A DNA stretch of 59,873 nucleotides from a virus (lineage: Duplodnaviria; Caudoviricetes), in the IMG/VR virus record IMGVR_UViG_3300012943_000036, positions 1 to 59,873 of that record; one strand, given 5' to 3'. A program made the translations under genes and the position numbers. Position 1 is the stretch's first letter. Every line of letters starts with the position of its first letter. The notes under the pieces are model-generated. The model was not told the DNA's origin. It saw nothing but the letters and a program-made list of their open reading frames with translations, and did not search any database. Positions 49,665-58,852 of the stretch are shown here, in pieces.

Positions 49665-51530
49665 TTAGTCCCTTCGGAGGGAGCCAGGCATAACCGATAG
49701 ACCGCCACTCAGACTCGGGGGGACTGGTGCTCTCAGGCCACCCTGCCCTAGGCCAGGCATATGGTATTGACCGACTTGGTATCCGTCTGTACCCGTTTGC
49801 ACCGCTTCTCGGCGTTCTCGGGCTTCATCGAGGGAGCTTACATTACGGCGGTATGACCTGTCACCCATCAACCGATACACAACGCCAGCCATAGCATCCG
49901 CTACGTCTTTAGAGCCAGACTCAGGGTGGTCAACCTTGCGGTCGTCTTCCTCGAGCTCGCTCAGTTCTTTCACTGCGATCTGCAGCTTGTCTGTATCACC
50001 CTTGTAGAGGTAGGTGATGTACGGCGGGAACTCGATGCGATCTTCGTAGATGGCGTCACGGAGATCTTCGTATGGAAGTTTGGAGCGATCTACCGATACG
50101 TACTCTGTGCGGAACTTACGCTTCCGCAACTGCTGCTTCGTCTCGGTCGACTGGAATCCATCCATTGACACGCAGGCGATCTTGAAGCCAAGGTCATCCC
50201 TGATGTGGTAGATGATTCGCCTGACTTCTTGCAGCAAGATCTCAGTTCCGGGCGCAGCCTTGATTCGCATGAGGAAGTCGAAGACGATGTACGGCTTCAT
50301 CTCACCGTCCAGATCGACTACCTCGGCTACGTGGCCCATAGCCAGACCAAGCGCGTCTCCTTGAGCCGAGTACGCTGTGTCGACGTGGATCGCACGCTTC
50401 AAGCTGTTCTTTGCCTTGAACCAGTTTGCGAACTGCGGCCGCACCGGATCGTCCGTAACTGGCGAACCAAGATTGTCGTACCTTTCGGACCAACGCTCTA
50501 CCGCCTCCTCGATCTTGTAGACCAGTGAGATAAACGGATCGCCAGCTGCAGGCGGAATGCCAGCAAGATCTCGTAGAGCCTGCTCGGGCTTGGTTTCGAA
50601 GTTCTTTCGGTAGACATTGGGAATCTCCATCAAAGATTCGCTGCCCCCCGAGATGAGGGTAGCAGCTCCGGTGGGGACGATCTCTTTGCGCTTTACGTCG
50701 TACCAGAACGAGTCGCGTGACCCGTCAGGCTTGAGGAACTTGTGCCATCCGAGAGATTCCCAGATGGTCATGCGGACGGTATGCGCGTTCTCTTTGTCGG
50801 CTCTGAGTTCCTTGTACTTCTTGGCCGCGAAGCCGCTAGCCTTCTTCATCTGGCCTACGACAAGCAGGAAGCCTCGGTCACCAAACCGAGAGTCGATACG
50901 AGAGTTGATCGTGTTCCAGCCGGACTCCGCGTAATCACGTTCTTTCGTGACCTTGTGCGAGTCGGCCTCATCGAGAATTCCACCCAAGATGTTGTAGCCT
51001 TCGAAGGTGGTTTCAGCCGAGTTGCCTGGGAGAACCCAGATGTCTTTGTCGAACCGAAGCTGATTCTTGAAGTTCGGATCGAACATCGCGTTACGCTGGA
51101 ACCAAGGCGAGTATTCAATACGAGCCTTGATGTCACCGAAGACGACCTCCTTGGCCTGGTCTTCGGAAGTCGACATCTGCATGAACGCGATACGAGAGCC
51201 GGGAAGCAGCTCGTAGAACTCCTGTGGGTTCTTCAGACAGAGAACCCAATGAACCATGTACGGAAGAATGATCGAGGCCATCGTGGTCTTGCCGATACCG
51301 ATGGCGCCTGTGAACATGGCCCAGCGGTAAACAGCGATCCGCTCGCCATTGACTTCCTCGCCGAAGAGCTCGACGAGTTCGGCGCGGACGCCAGGCCGCA
51401 CACCCTTCTCGATGTTGAGATACTCTTCACCGAGGAACTCCGTGATAGAGGCAGGCATCTGCTCAAAGTCAGGATGATCCTGAAGCCACTTGAGCTCGTA
51501 TGCAGCCCTAGCTGGATCGAACGCTGTCAT
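49665..51530 (-). CDS. Terminase large subunit
   Basis: Walker A GAIGIGKT, Walker B ILDEAD, nuclease IHVD, DGFQS, SKDVADA. Confidence 0.92.
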   Translation of the reverse strand: MTAFDPARAAYELKWLQDHPDFEQMPASITEFLGEEYLNIEKGVRPGVRAELVELFGEEVNGERIAVYRWAMFTGAIGIGKTTMASIILPYMVHWVLCLKNPQEFYELLPGSRIAFMQMSTSEDQAKEVVFGDIKARIEYSPWFQRNAMFDPNFKNQLRFDKDIWVLPGNSAETTFEGYNILGGILDEADSHKVTKERDYAESGWNTINSRIDSRFGDRGFLLVVGQMKKASGFAAKKYKELRADKENAHTVRMTIWESLGWHKFLKPDGSRDSFWYDVKRKEIVPTGAATLISGGSESLMEIPNVYRKNFETKPEQALRDLAGIPPAAGDPFISLVYKIEEAVERWSERYDNLGSPVTDDPVRPQFANWFKAKNSLKRAIHVDTAYSAQGDALGLAMGHVAEVVDLDGEMKPYIVFDFLMRIKAAPGTEILLQEVRRIIYHIRDDLGFKIACVSMDGFQSTETKQQLRKRKFRTEYVSVDRSKLPYEDLRDAIYEDRIEFPPYITYLYKGDTDKLQIAVKELSELEEDDRKVDHPESGSKDVADAMAGVVYRLMGDRSYRRNVSSLDEARERREAVQTGTDGYQVGQYHMPGLGQGGLRAPVPPSLSGGLSVMPGSLRRD

Positions 51531-51825
51531 CGGCCTTCTCGCGCTGGTAGTAAGGACTACGCCAGATGACAACGTAGAGCTGAAGAATGGCAGTGAAGAA
51601 GACCACCCAGACTCGCCAACCACCGGCGATGTCGTCGTAGATGATGTCTCCGATGGTGATGCAGCCGACAGTACACCAGGTAAGGTTCATGAACCTGTCC
51701 CAGTAAAAGTTCTTGCGATCTACGAGCATCTTGAACGTGCCTCGATAGAGCAGGATCATGAACGAGATGAACAGAGCAATGAAACTACAGACACGGACTG
51801 TGTCGTAGGACCAGAAGTCACTCAT
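51508..51825 (-). CDS. Three-TM membrane protein
   Basis: Three hydrophobic segments; overlaps both neighbours. Confidence 0.6.
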   Translation of the reverse strand: MSDFWSYDTVRVCSFIALFISFMILLYRGTFKMLVDRKNFYWDRFMNLTWCTVGCITIGDIIYDDIAGGWRVWVVFFTAILQLYVVIWRSPYYQREKADDSVRSS

Positions 51826-53164
51826 TTACGACTCGCTGTTCTGGCAGTTCCTGGGTTACAGGCCCGCCGGTCATCTCCAGCAACATTCTCTCGAACATCG
51901 CGGGCGTGACCTGATCACGCGGGATGCCCTGGCGCTCCAGTTCGGCCAGAACCGCGGCACCTAGCTCCTTCGGCGAAGATCCCGCAACTGCGGATACCTT
52001 GCCGTTGTTGATAGTGACGAGCGGCTTCGAGAGTGTCGGGTCAACCAGCTTGGCAAGTTTGATTCCGTTCCCGAAGATCGAGTTCATCATCTTCGTAACC
52101 TCGGGGTCGAGTTCGCCAAACTCTTCCTCAGACTCCATACCGCGCTGAAGGCGGTCGGTCTGAGCGGCTAGGACAGTCCCGAGGCCGTCGATAATCTTGG
52201 ATGAGTCCCGGGACTGGAACATCTTGGCCAGCGCGTTGGATTCGGTACCTTGCACGCTGCACACCGCGCCTTCCCGGTAAAGTTTGCAAGTGTTGGACAG
52301 GGAGCATGAGTCGCAGTTTATCATGTCCCCTTCCTGTACCTCGACCCGGAAGTCAGAACGGGTTGCTGAAGTGACAGGAACAACGGTCATCGGAGCATCA
52401 GGGTCGACTGTCGTCGAGCCCCTCGTCTTGATCTTCAAGTTCTTGGTGAAGTTCTCGCCGGCCCACCGAGCCGACTTGATGTTGAAGATGCATCGCTCGG
52501 ATGGAACCTTGAGGTCGGTAACGCTCATTCCCAGCAGGTTCACCCATTGGAGCTGGCCCACTGTTCGCGCGTAAGCCAGTGTCTTTCCGTTTGGAAGATT
52601 GACCTTACCGTTAGCAGCGTCTGTACGGGGGTCAACATCTGCGGCCCCGAATCCCATACCGAACATGACACGGTATGAGTAAGACCCATGAAGGAGGAGG
52701 ATACAGTCGCTGTACTCTTCCTGAAGTTCACGAAGGTTGCGGTAGAAAGGTCGATTCGCACCGAGCTGAGCATTCGGGAGATTAGTAACCACGACCCGGT
52801 GCGGCTGGCCAACCACAGGACGCTCATCCAGAGGTACAGCTGCACTACAAGCATCAGCGTCAAGGCCAATCGGAGACGAGACCATCTCTTCAAGTACATT
52901 GAAGTTCTCTCCGTACTCCCAGGTGGGGTAAACAGCCTTCGGCTTAGCGATGTTGTGTTCGAGGTCGAGGTGCGCAGTACCCTGAGTCCCTATGCAGAGG
53001 ATCTCGACATCTGCATCTTCGCCAAAGTACAGCTTGGCATGCTGGACGGGGTCGATGCGCTTCTTAACGAGCATGCCTCGATCCCAAACGACACGAAAGG
53101 GTCCGCCAACCTCGGCGAGCTGCCTCACGTAGTTGTGAGGGTTGCGGAACCACACCTCGGTCAT
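51818..53164 (-). CDS. Protein in small-terminase position: degenerate TGT-like N-domain, 4-Cys cluster, helical C-domain
   Basis: YPTWEYGE..LEEM, LHGS..FGAADVD, CDSC....C.......C; gene is well supported, function is a guess. Confidence 0.55.
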   Translation of the reverse strand: MTEVWFRNPHNYVRQLAEVGGPFRVVWDRGMLVKKRIDPVQHAKLYFGEDADVEILCIGTQGTAHLDLEHNIAKPKAVYPTWEYGENFNVLEEMVSSPIGLDADACSAAVPLDERPVVGQPHRVVVTNLPNAQLGANRPFYRNLRELQEEYSDCILLLHGSYSYRVMFGMGFGAADVDPRTDAANGKVNLPNGKTLAYARTVGQLQWVNLLGMSVTDLKVPSERCIFNIKSARWAGENFTKNLKIKTRGSTTVDPDAPMTVVPVTSATRSDFRVEVQEGDMINCDSCSLSNTCKLYREGAVCSVQGTESNALAKMFQSRDSSKIIDGLGTVLAAQTDRLQRGMESEEEFGELDPEVTKMMNSIFGNGIKLAKLVDPTLSKPLVTINNGKVSAVAGSSPKELGAAVLAELERQGIPRDQVTPAMFERMLLEMTGGPVTQELPEQRVVNE

Positions 53165-53201
53165 GTGCTAGAGCATAGGCACACGCTGCGCGATAGGGCA
53201 A
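53165..53201 (-). promoter_or_regulatory. Leaderless promoter heading the late operon
   Basis: TTGCCC-18 nt-TATGCT, 7 nt before ATG 53164. Confidence 0.6.
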
Positions 53202-53373
53202 CCCCCACGCAGCACGACGCCCGGCCAGCATGGGGGATACCTGACCGGGCGTCTGTGGCAACCCGGTACCACCTCGCAGCAGCGGCAAGAGGACTCCAGG
53301 CAACCTCAGCCTACGCTATCGGTGGTGATCCGGCTAGCCCCGGTCATGGACACGCGCCATTCCCCCCGATAGG

Positions 53374-54279
53374 GTGGGAACCGGCAACCCAGCATACTCG
53401 ACTCCGGGGGATTCTTTGTCTCGTGAACTCGCAAAACAGTACGCCTCTCGCTTCATCTGCCGATCTGACGTCAAGGCTATCCAGCTTGATAGAGCAGGTG
53501 GAGGACTTGGTCCTGGGGACTGGTTTCCAGATACCCGAATCAACATCGAGCGACGACCCAATTCTCCTCATCTCCCTCTCGGCTTCTCGATGGACCATCT
53601 CCTTGCGCACATCGCCGGGGAACGAACTTATGGTCACTACCTCCTCTCGTCTGAGTCAGAAGCCAAGGTCTTCGTCTTTGACATCGACATCAGCACCCGA
53701 ATCAACCCCGACACAAAGAGCCCTGAAGGAACTTGGGTTGACTTTGAAACCGGAGAAGTTCACGATGGAGTCAACCCCCTCCTACTATGGGGTACACGGA
53801 CCAGGGAAGCTGCTCCCGCCAGAAACTGGCTCAAGTACCAGCTGAAGATGATTGGGCATCGGTTCGCCGATGAGATCCGAAAGATCGGCGTAGACTGCGC
53901 CGTCGCCTACTCGGGACACAAGGGCATCCATGTGTACGGCTTCACCGGTAAGATGCCGGCGTCAGAAGTCAGAGACGGTGCGATGCTGGTCCTCGACAGA
54001 ATGGGCGAGTTCGAGCCCTACCGTGGCCAGAACTTCTGGCGTCACAAGAATCCCGAGCCGGAACACGGCTTCCAGAACTTCTCCATCGAGGTCTTCCCAA
54101 AGCAGACCTCGCTCGGAGACGGCAAGAGCCTCGGCAACCTCGTGAGGCTACCTCTCGGAGTCAACCACAAGGCGCCTAAGGATCCCACGTTCTTCTTGGA
54201 CATGACGGCTCCACTTGCGCAGTTCACTCCTCACCCCGACCCGGTCGAACTGCTCAAGACAGGCAATCCCTTTGAATGA
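53374..54279 (+). CDS. Archaeo-eukaryotic primase (prim-pol) catalytic domain
   Basis: FDID, SGHKGIHVY, IEVFPKQ, GNLVRLPLG. Confidence 0.85.
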   Translation: MGTGNPAYSTPGDSLSRELAKQYASRFICRSDVKAIQLDRAGGGLGPGDWFPDTRINIERRPNSPHLPLGFSMDHLLAHIAGERTYGHYLLSSESEAKVFVFDIDISTRINPDTKSPEGTWVDFETGEVHDGVNPLLLWGTRTREAAPARNWLKYQLKMIGHRFADEIRKIGVDCAVAYSGHKGIHVYGFTGKMPASEVRDGAMLVLDRMGEFEPYRGQNFWRHKNPEPEHGFQNFSIEVFPKQTSLGDGKSLGNLVRLPLGVNHKAPKDPTFFLDMTAPLAQFTPHPDPVELLKTGNPFE

Positions 54280-54493
54280 CTTTGCTGATCACGAAGAGGA
54301 ACTCTTCCCGATCACAGACGAGGCTGACCTTCTCAAGAAGGTGCCGGAGCTTGTAGACAAGCCCAAGCCATTCCACCACCTCCATGAACTCTGGGACTTC
54401 TGGGACTTCCTGTCCAAAGGTCCTACCGAAACGACGATTCAGTGCCGCGACGCACTGACGCGCGATATCACTGAAATGGGGATCAGTGACTGA
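54272..54493 (+). CDS. Small hypothetical protein
   Basis: TTG 54272; fills the gap between primase and helicase. Confidence 0.5.
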   Translation: MNDFADHEEELFPITDEADLLKKVPELVDKPKPFHHLHELWDFWDFLSKGPTETTIQCRDALTRDITEMGISD

Positions 54494-56423
54494 CAAGCCC
54501 AAGTCCTTCTCTGAGATGAGGAAGGAGCTCGCAGCGTCTCGTGGAGAGACGCTAGAGACTCCACCTCAACTCAAGTCGGTCCCGAAGGTCGACGATGACC
54601 TGATTCCAGACGTGCTGTCTCACGACCGCACAGAAGAGGATATCGAGATTGACTCGATCGTCGAGCGCATCGACGTCCTCGACGCTTATCGGCGCTGGAT
54701 CGGCAAAGAGGTAGACGAGAAGACCGTATCACGCAAGGAAGGCGTGATGGTGTCTTGTCCGAACCCAGATCACCGCGACAAGCACCCGTCAGCCTGGATC
54801 AACACAGATAACCGAACGTGGTTCTGTGGCGGGTGCCAAGAAGGTGGCGATGTCTACGACCTGGCAGCCATCCACTTCAAGTACGACAGGCCCGGCTACA
54901 AGGACGGCGCGACCTTCCACCAACTCCGGAAGGAAATGGCCGAGGCTTACGGCTACAGGTTCAAGACCGTAGCCGGTAAGGAAATCATCTGGCGCGAGGA
55001 GGAATCACCCGCTTCGGGTGATGCGCTCACCGCCGATAATGTGCTGCTCGAGGAGCGGGAGCAAAAAGTCTCGGAAACGCCTCCTAAAACCCACGACAAG
55101 GTCACAGTCCTTCACGAGAAGGACGTAGAGGAATTAGCAGACGCAGCGATCTCGTATCCGATCCTGGATTGGAAGAAGATCGTACCTGAAGAAACCTTCC
55201 TGTACGAGTACATGGAAGCTTGCACCAATGATGATTCCCCCGAAGAGTATCACTTCTGGCACGGTTTACTGGCTCTCGGTCACGCAGTCGGAAGGAATGC
55301 TTACCTCAATGATACACGCCCTGTTTACGGCAATCTACTTGTATGTCTTCTTGGGGGTACTGGTTACGGCAAGTCTCGTAGCCGAGCTTGGCTCGACGAC
55401 GTTATTGAAGAGGCCTTGCCTTTCAGTGACACAGGACTGGATACTACTGGTACTAAGCTGGTACCTGTGCCGGCATCTGGTGAGAATCTGATTGCACAGT
55501 TCCAGCACATCGCGCATGACCCTAGCTTCCCCAAGGGCACACCCGAAGTCCGTACACCAGTGAACGGGATTGTTGACTATGACGAGTTCGCAGGACTCTT
55601 GCAACGTGCGAACCGACAGGGTAGCACCCTTAAGCAGATTGTCATGGGGTTCAGTGACGCTCGAAACAGAATCACCAGCAGTAGCAATACTGGCGGTACT
55701 TTTGAAGCGTATCGTCCCTTCTGCTCAATTACGGCTAGCACCCAGCCCAAGGCAGTCCGACCCCTTCTGTCACGCACCGACACGTCGTCAGGTTTCTTGA
55801 ACCGTTGGATATTCGTCGGTGGCCCCCGGAAAAAGAGGGAGGTCATGGGTGGCTCCCACAGCGTCATACGGGTAGACCTGGGCGCTGCAATCGAGCGGCT
55901 CAAGAAGGTCCGGGGATGGGGTGGCGTAGAGCGCGACGTCAGGTTCACAGAAGAAGGGATGGACGAGTTCGAGAGATTCATCCGAGCCCGAGTCTATCCA
56001 GTCCAAGAGACTGACGAAACCGACCTGCTTCAGAGGCTTGACCTCACAATGAAGCGGTTGGTGCTGCTGTTCTGCATCAACGAGAAGACGACCGAGGCGA
56101 CCGAAGATATCGTCAAGCGTGTCGAGCCAGTCCTGTCCTACATCATCGACAACTACGGGATCTTGAACGCCGAGATCGGTGTTACTCAGATGACTGAGAT
56201 CACCGACAATATCCTGGCGCAGATCGTGAAGATCGAACACAGCACCGGACGCGGAGCCTCGGCCCGCGAACTAGGCCAGAGACTGAAGAGAAAGAACTAC
56301 TCGCCAGACCTAATCAAGAGAGCGCTTGAGACGATGGTCGCTCTCGATTGGATCGACATTGAGAAGAAGAAGGCCGCAGGACCGGGCAGACCTACGATCC
56401 GGTATACGGCGGTGAACCAATGA
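54486..56423 (+). CDS. CHC2 zinc finger plus DUF3987-like P-loop helicase
   Basis: CP.PDH.D..PS..WFCGGC..GGD; GGTGYGKS, DEF, STQP, SGFLNR; winged-helix-like end. Confidence 0.85.
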   Translation: MTDKPKSFSEMRKELAASRGETLETPPQLKSVPKVDDDLIPDVLSHDRTEEDIEIDSIVERIDVLDAYRRWIGKEVDEKTVSRKEGVMVSCPNPDHRDKHPSAWINTDNRTWFCGGCQEGGDVYDLAAIHFKYDRPGYKDGATFHQLRKEMAEAYGYRFKTVAGKEIIWREEESPASGDALTADNVLLEEREQKVSETPPKTHDKVTVLHEKDVEELADAAISYPILDWKKIVPEETFLYEYMEACTNDDSPEEYHFWHGLLALGHAVGRNAYLNDTRPVYGNLLVCLLGGTGYGKSRSRAWLDDVIEEALPFSDTGLDTTGTKLVPVPASGENLIAQFQHIAHDPSFPKGTPEVRTPVNGIVDYDEFAGLLQRANRQGSTLKQIVMGFSDARNRITSSSNTGGTFEAYRPFCSITASTQPKAVRPLLSRTDTSSGFLNRWIFVGGPRKKREVMGGSHSVIRVDLGAAIERLKKVRGWGGVERDVRFTEEGMDEFERFIRARVYPVQETDETDLLQRLDLTMKRLVLLFCINEKTTEATEDIVKRVEPVLSYIIDNYGILNAEIGVTQMTEITDNILAQIVKIEHSTGRGASARELGQRLKRKNYSPDLIKRALETMVALDWIDIEKKKAAGPGRPTIRYTAVNQ

Positions 56424-56749
56424 GTATTCCGGCCATTCCTGGTGCGGTACCCCGAGACGCTCTGTCTGACACAGAGCTCGGCGAGCTGTGGCACCAGCTC
56501 TGCGTTGAGATCATGAACGAGAAGTACGCGGGCCGTAAGCACGGCAACCGCAGAACTTACGACGCAGGCTGCCAGGGACCGCTGTGCAAGAAAGCATCCC
56601 GAGAGCACGGAAGGCGCCGCGTTTCAGCAGCGCCTTCCGCGAAGTACCAGCACCTCGATCTGATCATCGAAGCCTGGGGTCCGATCGCTAGGGATCGTGT
56701 GGAGACGGCGCGAGCTCGTCTCCTCGAAGAGATTGCGCCAGCGTCCTAG
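56420..56749 (+). CDS. Hypothetical protein with HG..TY..GC...C motif
   Basis: ATGA coupling. Confidence 0.65.
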   Translation: MSIPAIPGAVPRDALSDTELGELWHQLCVEIMNEKYAGRKHGNRRTYDAGCQGPLCKKASREHGRRRVSAAPSAKYQHLDLIIEAWGPIARDRVETARARLLEEIAPAS

Positions 56750-56993
56750 CGTCCATAATCTGGTGGGTGTAGCACTTCCCGCTCTTGGAGTTGTGCAGAT
56801 CACAGTCGACCCACGGGACATGTACGCCTGAGAACGCGCCACGAGCTGGCACATAGAGGCGCATGAGCACCTGCTCCATATCCTCGGAGTTGGCGTAGCC
56901 CTCGCCAGGCTCGGCAACCTTGTTGCCGTTCTCGGCTACGACACCCCAGCGGTACTCGTGGTTATTGTCGGTGTACGTGTGAAGCGTATACAT
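56688..56993 (-). CDS. DUF1508/YegP-like protein
   Basis: YRW..VAENG..VA..EGY. Confidence 0.75.
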   Translation of the reverse strand: MYTLHTYTDNNHEYRWGVVAENGNKVAEPGEGYANSEDMEQVLMRLYVPARGAFSGVHVPWVDCDLHNSKSGKCYTHQIMDARTLAQSLRGDELAPSPHDP

Positions 56994-57787
56994 CAGTCTG
57001 CGAGCTCTCGGACCGAGTAGACACCGTGCAGGATGAAGTGGTCTGTGAACAGCTTATGCTTGCGGTCGTCCCAAACCTTGTACTCGAGTCCCTTGACGCG
57101 GTGGTCAGGGTCGAACGAACTGATGATGTCGAGCACCGTGCCACGGCTGGTGTTGATGCCGTGAGTTTTCGGGTGCTTGTTCAGCTCGTCGGCTAGGGTG
57201 GTGAGCGGCTTGCCCTGGAAGACGTCGATCTTGTCGTCGTGCTCGTTGGTGTCGGCGTTGTAGAAGACCAGCTTCTTGCCCGCACCGTGCTTGTGAGCCC
57301 ACTTGGCAACACCCTTGACCATCGGGTCGTTATCAGTCTTCGACGCCTGGATCGACCTTCCGGTGAGCCAGTGACCCGCTCCCACGGTGATCAGACCGAG
57401 GTTTGAGTCCTTGGAGACACCGCTCATCCAGGTCGTACCGCGCGGAGAATGCGCGCCCTGAGATGGCGAAAGACCGTGAGTGCCCTGAATGTACGGGCCG
57501 TCGTAGCCGTGCTCGAAGCCTCTGAGCATGTCTCCATTCATGGCGACCCAATCGCCGTACTGATGGAAGAAACCATGGAAGCCGTGCCTCTTGGCGCTCA
57601 ACATGAGCAGATCGCGCAGGTCGTGGTTGTCGGCACTGGCGCCCGACTCGGTGCCGGTGACGATCCAGGCGCCGGTGTCCACGGCGATGTCGAACACAGC
57701 CTCTGCGTCGTGCTTGTGATGGTCCTTGTTGTCTGAGAATTGCATCGAGTTGTGCTGGATGACTAGCTCTACAGTCTTGGCTGGCAT
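56993..57787 (-). CDS. Endonuclease/exonuclease/phosphatase (EEP) family protein
   Basis: HN, TGTE, ADTN, LDII, TDH catalytic pattern. Confidence 0.7.
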   Translation of the reverse strand: MPAKTVELVIQHNSMQFSDNKDHHKHDAEAVFDIAVDTGAWIVTGTESGASADNHDLRDLLMLSAKRHGFHGFFHQYGDWVAMNGDMLRGFEHGYDGPYIQGTHGLSPSQGAHSPRGTTWMSGVSKDSNLGLITVGAGHWLTGRSIQASKTDNDPMVKGVAKWAHKHGAGKKLVFYNADTNEHDDKIDVFQGKPLTTLADELNKHPKTHGINTSRGTVLDIISSFDPDHRVKGLEYKVWDDRKHKLFTDHFILHGVYSVRELAD

Positions 57788-58030
57788 CGTGGAGGTCTTT
57801 TCTTGAGAGAGTGGGCCGAGTTCTCAGGGTACGCTCTGCACCCCGATCCTGTCCAGTACCGCACTATATCGGCGCTCAGGGCGAGTCTAGAACAAGATTA
57901 CCCCAGTCAAGCACCAGCCGATATCGGCGCAGTATTGTCTGAGAAAGCACGTAGATTCCCACCAGAAGCGTGTGCAAACTGCTCTGTCAAGCGGTTATTG
58001 TTGCACAAACCAAAGATATTCCAGTCTTTT

Positions 58031-58628
58031 CGTAGACAAAACTGTCTACGAAATTCTGATCCCTAGACATATCCCATACTTTGGCCGCGATGGCGTCACC
58101 AGGCGCCGCGCAGACTGTGATCTTGAGGGAAAAGCCGGTTCGATGCCACCATACCAACCGCGCCACCCTAGCCACGCCAGTCACAGGGGTAACATCTTGT
58201 CCCAAAGTTTTGTATTAACCCAGATCTGAAAAAACGGGCAAGACCTGTCTACGAAATTCCGACATGTACCCTTTTCGTAGACGCGTGTCTACGAAAAGGT
58301 CACGTAATTGTCTACGTAATTCGACACGCGATGTGACCTGCATGTTCAACCGATTGGTTGTAGATGCGCTAGGCGGGGGCGGGCAATTACGTAGACACCC
58401 TGTACCCCCTAACACACAAAGACACCAGTCCTCATTGGTACAAACTGCAAGTCTAGACTCACGTCTGTCCGGCCATTGTCTAGGCTCGTCTTTGGTATAA
58501 CAAGATGCTCTCCGTAGGGGGGGCCTAGGGTGTCTACGAAACCCCTAGATCCACCCCTAAACCCCCTCTGACCTGCAAGGAAATACGTAGACAATTACGT
58601 AGACATTACGTAGACAATATCGTAGACA
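58031..58628. repeat. Twelve CGTAGAC/GTCTACG repeats (iteron-like)
   Basis: Seven forward and five reverse copies; four in tandem at 58586, 58598, 58609, 58621. Confidence 0.85.
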
Positions 58629-58824
58629 TATCACTCTCATTCTGTACACGAAATTCTGATGATCTAGTCCTATGGATGCAGTCACATCTTTGGTGTGGGA
58701 TGACCTTGGTAAAACTTTATGCGCACGCGATGGCCTCTAAGGCGAGCACGCACCACCCCCGTCGACTTTTTCTAGGGGGGGTGGGGTAGGGCATGCCGAA
58801 AGACGTGTAACAGACTAGACATAC

Positions 58825-58852
58825 TACGCCGATAATCGACATTATCGGTAGA
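58825..58852. other. Symmetric dif-like recombination site
   Basis: TACGCCGATAA-TCGACA-TTATCGGTAGA; 11-6-11 layout with inner ATAA/TTAT. Confidence 0.6.
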
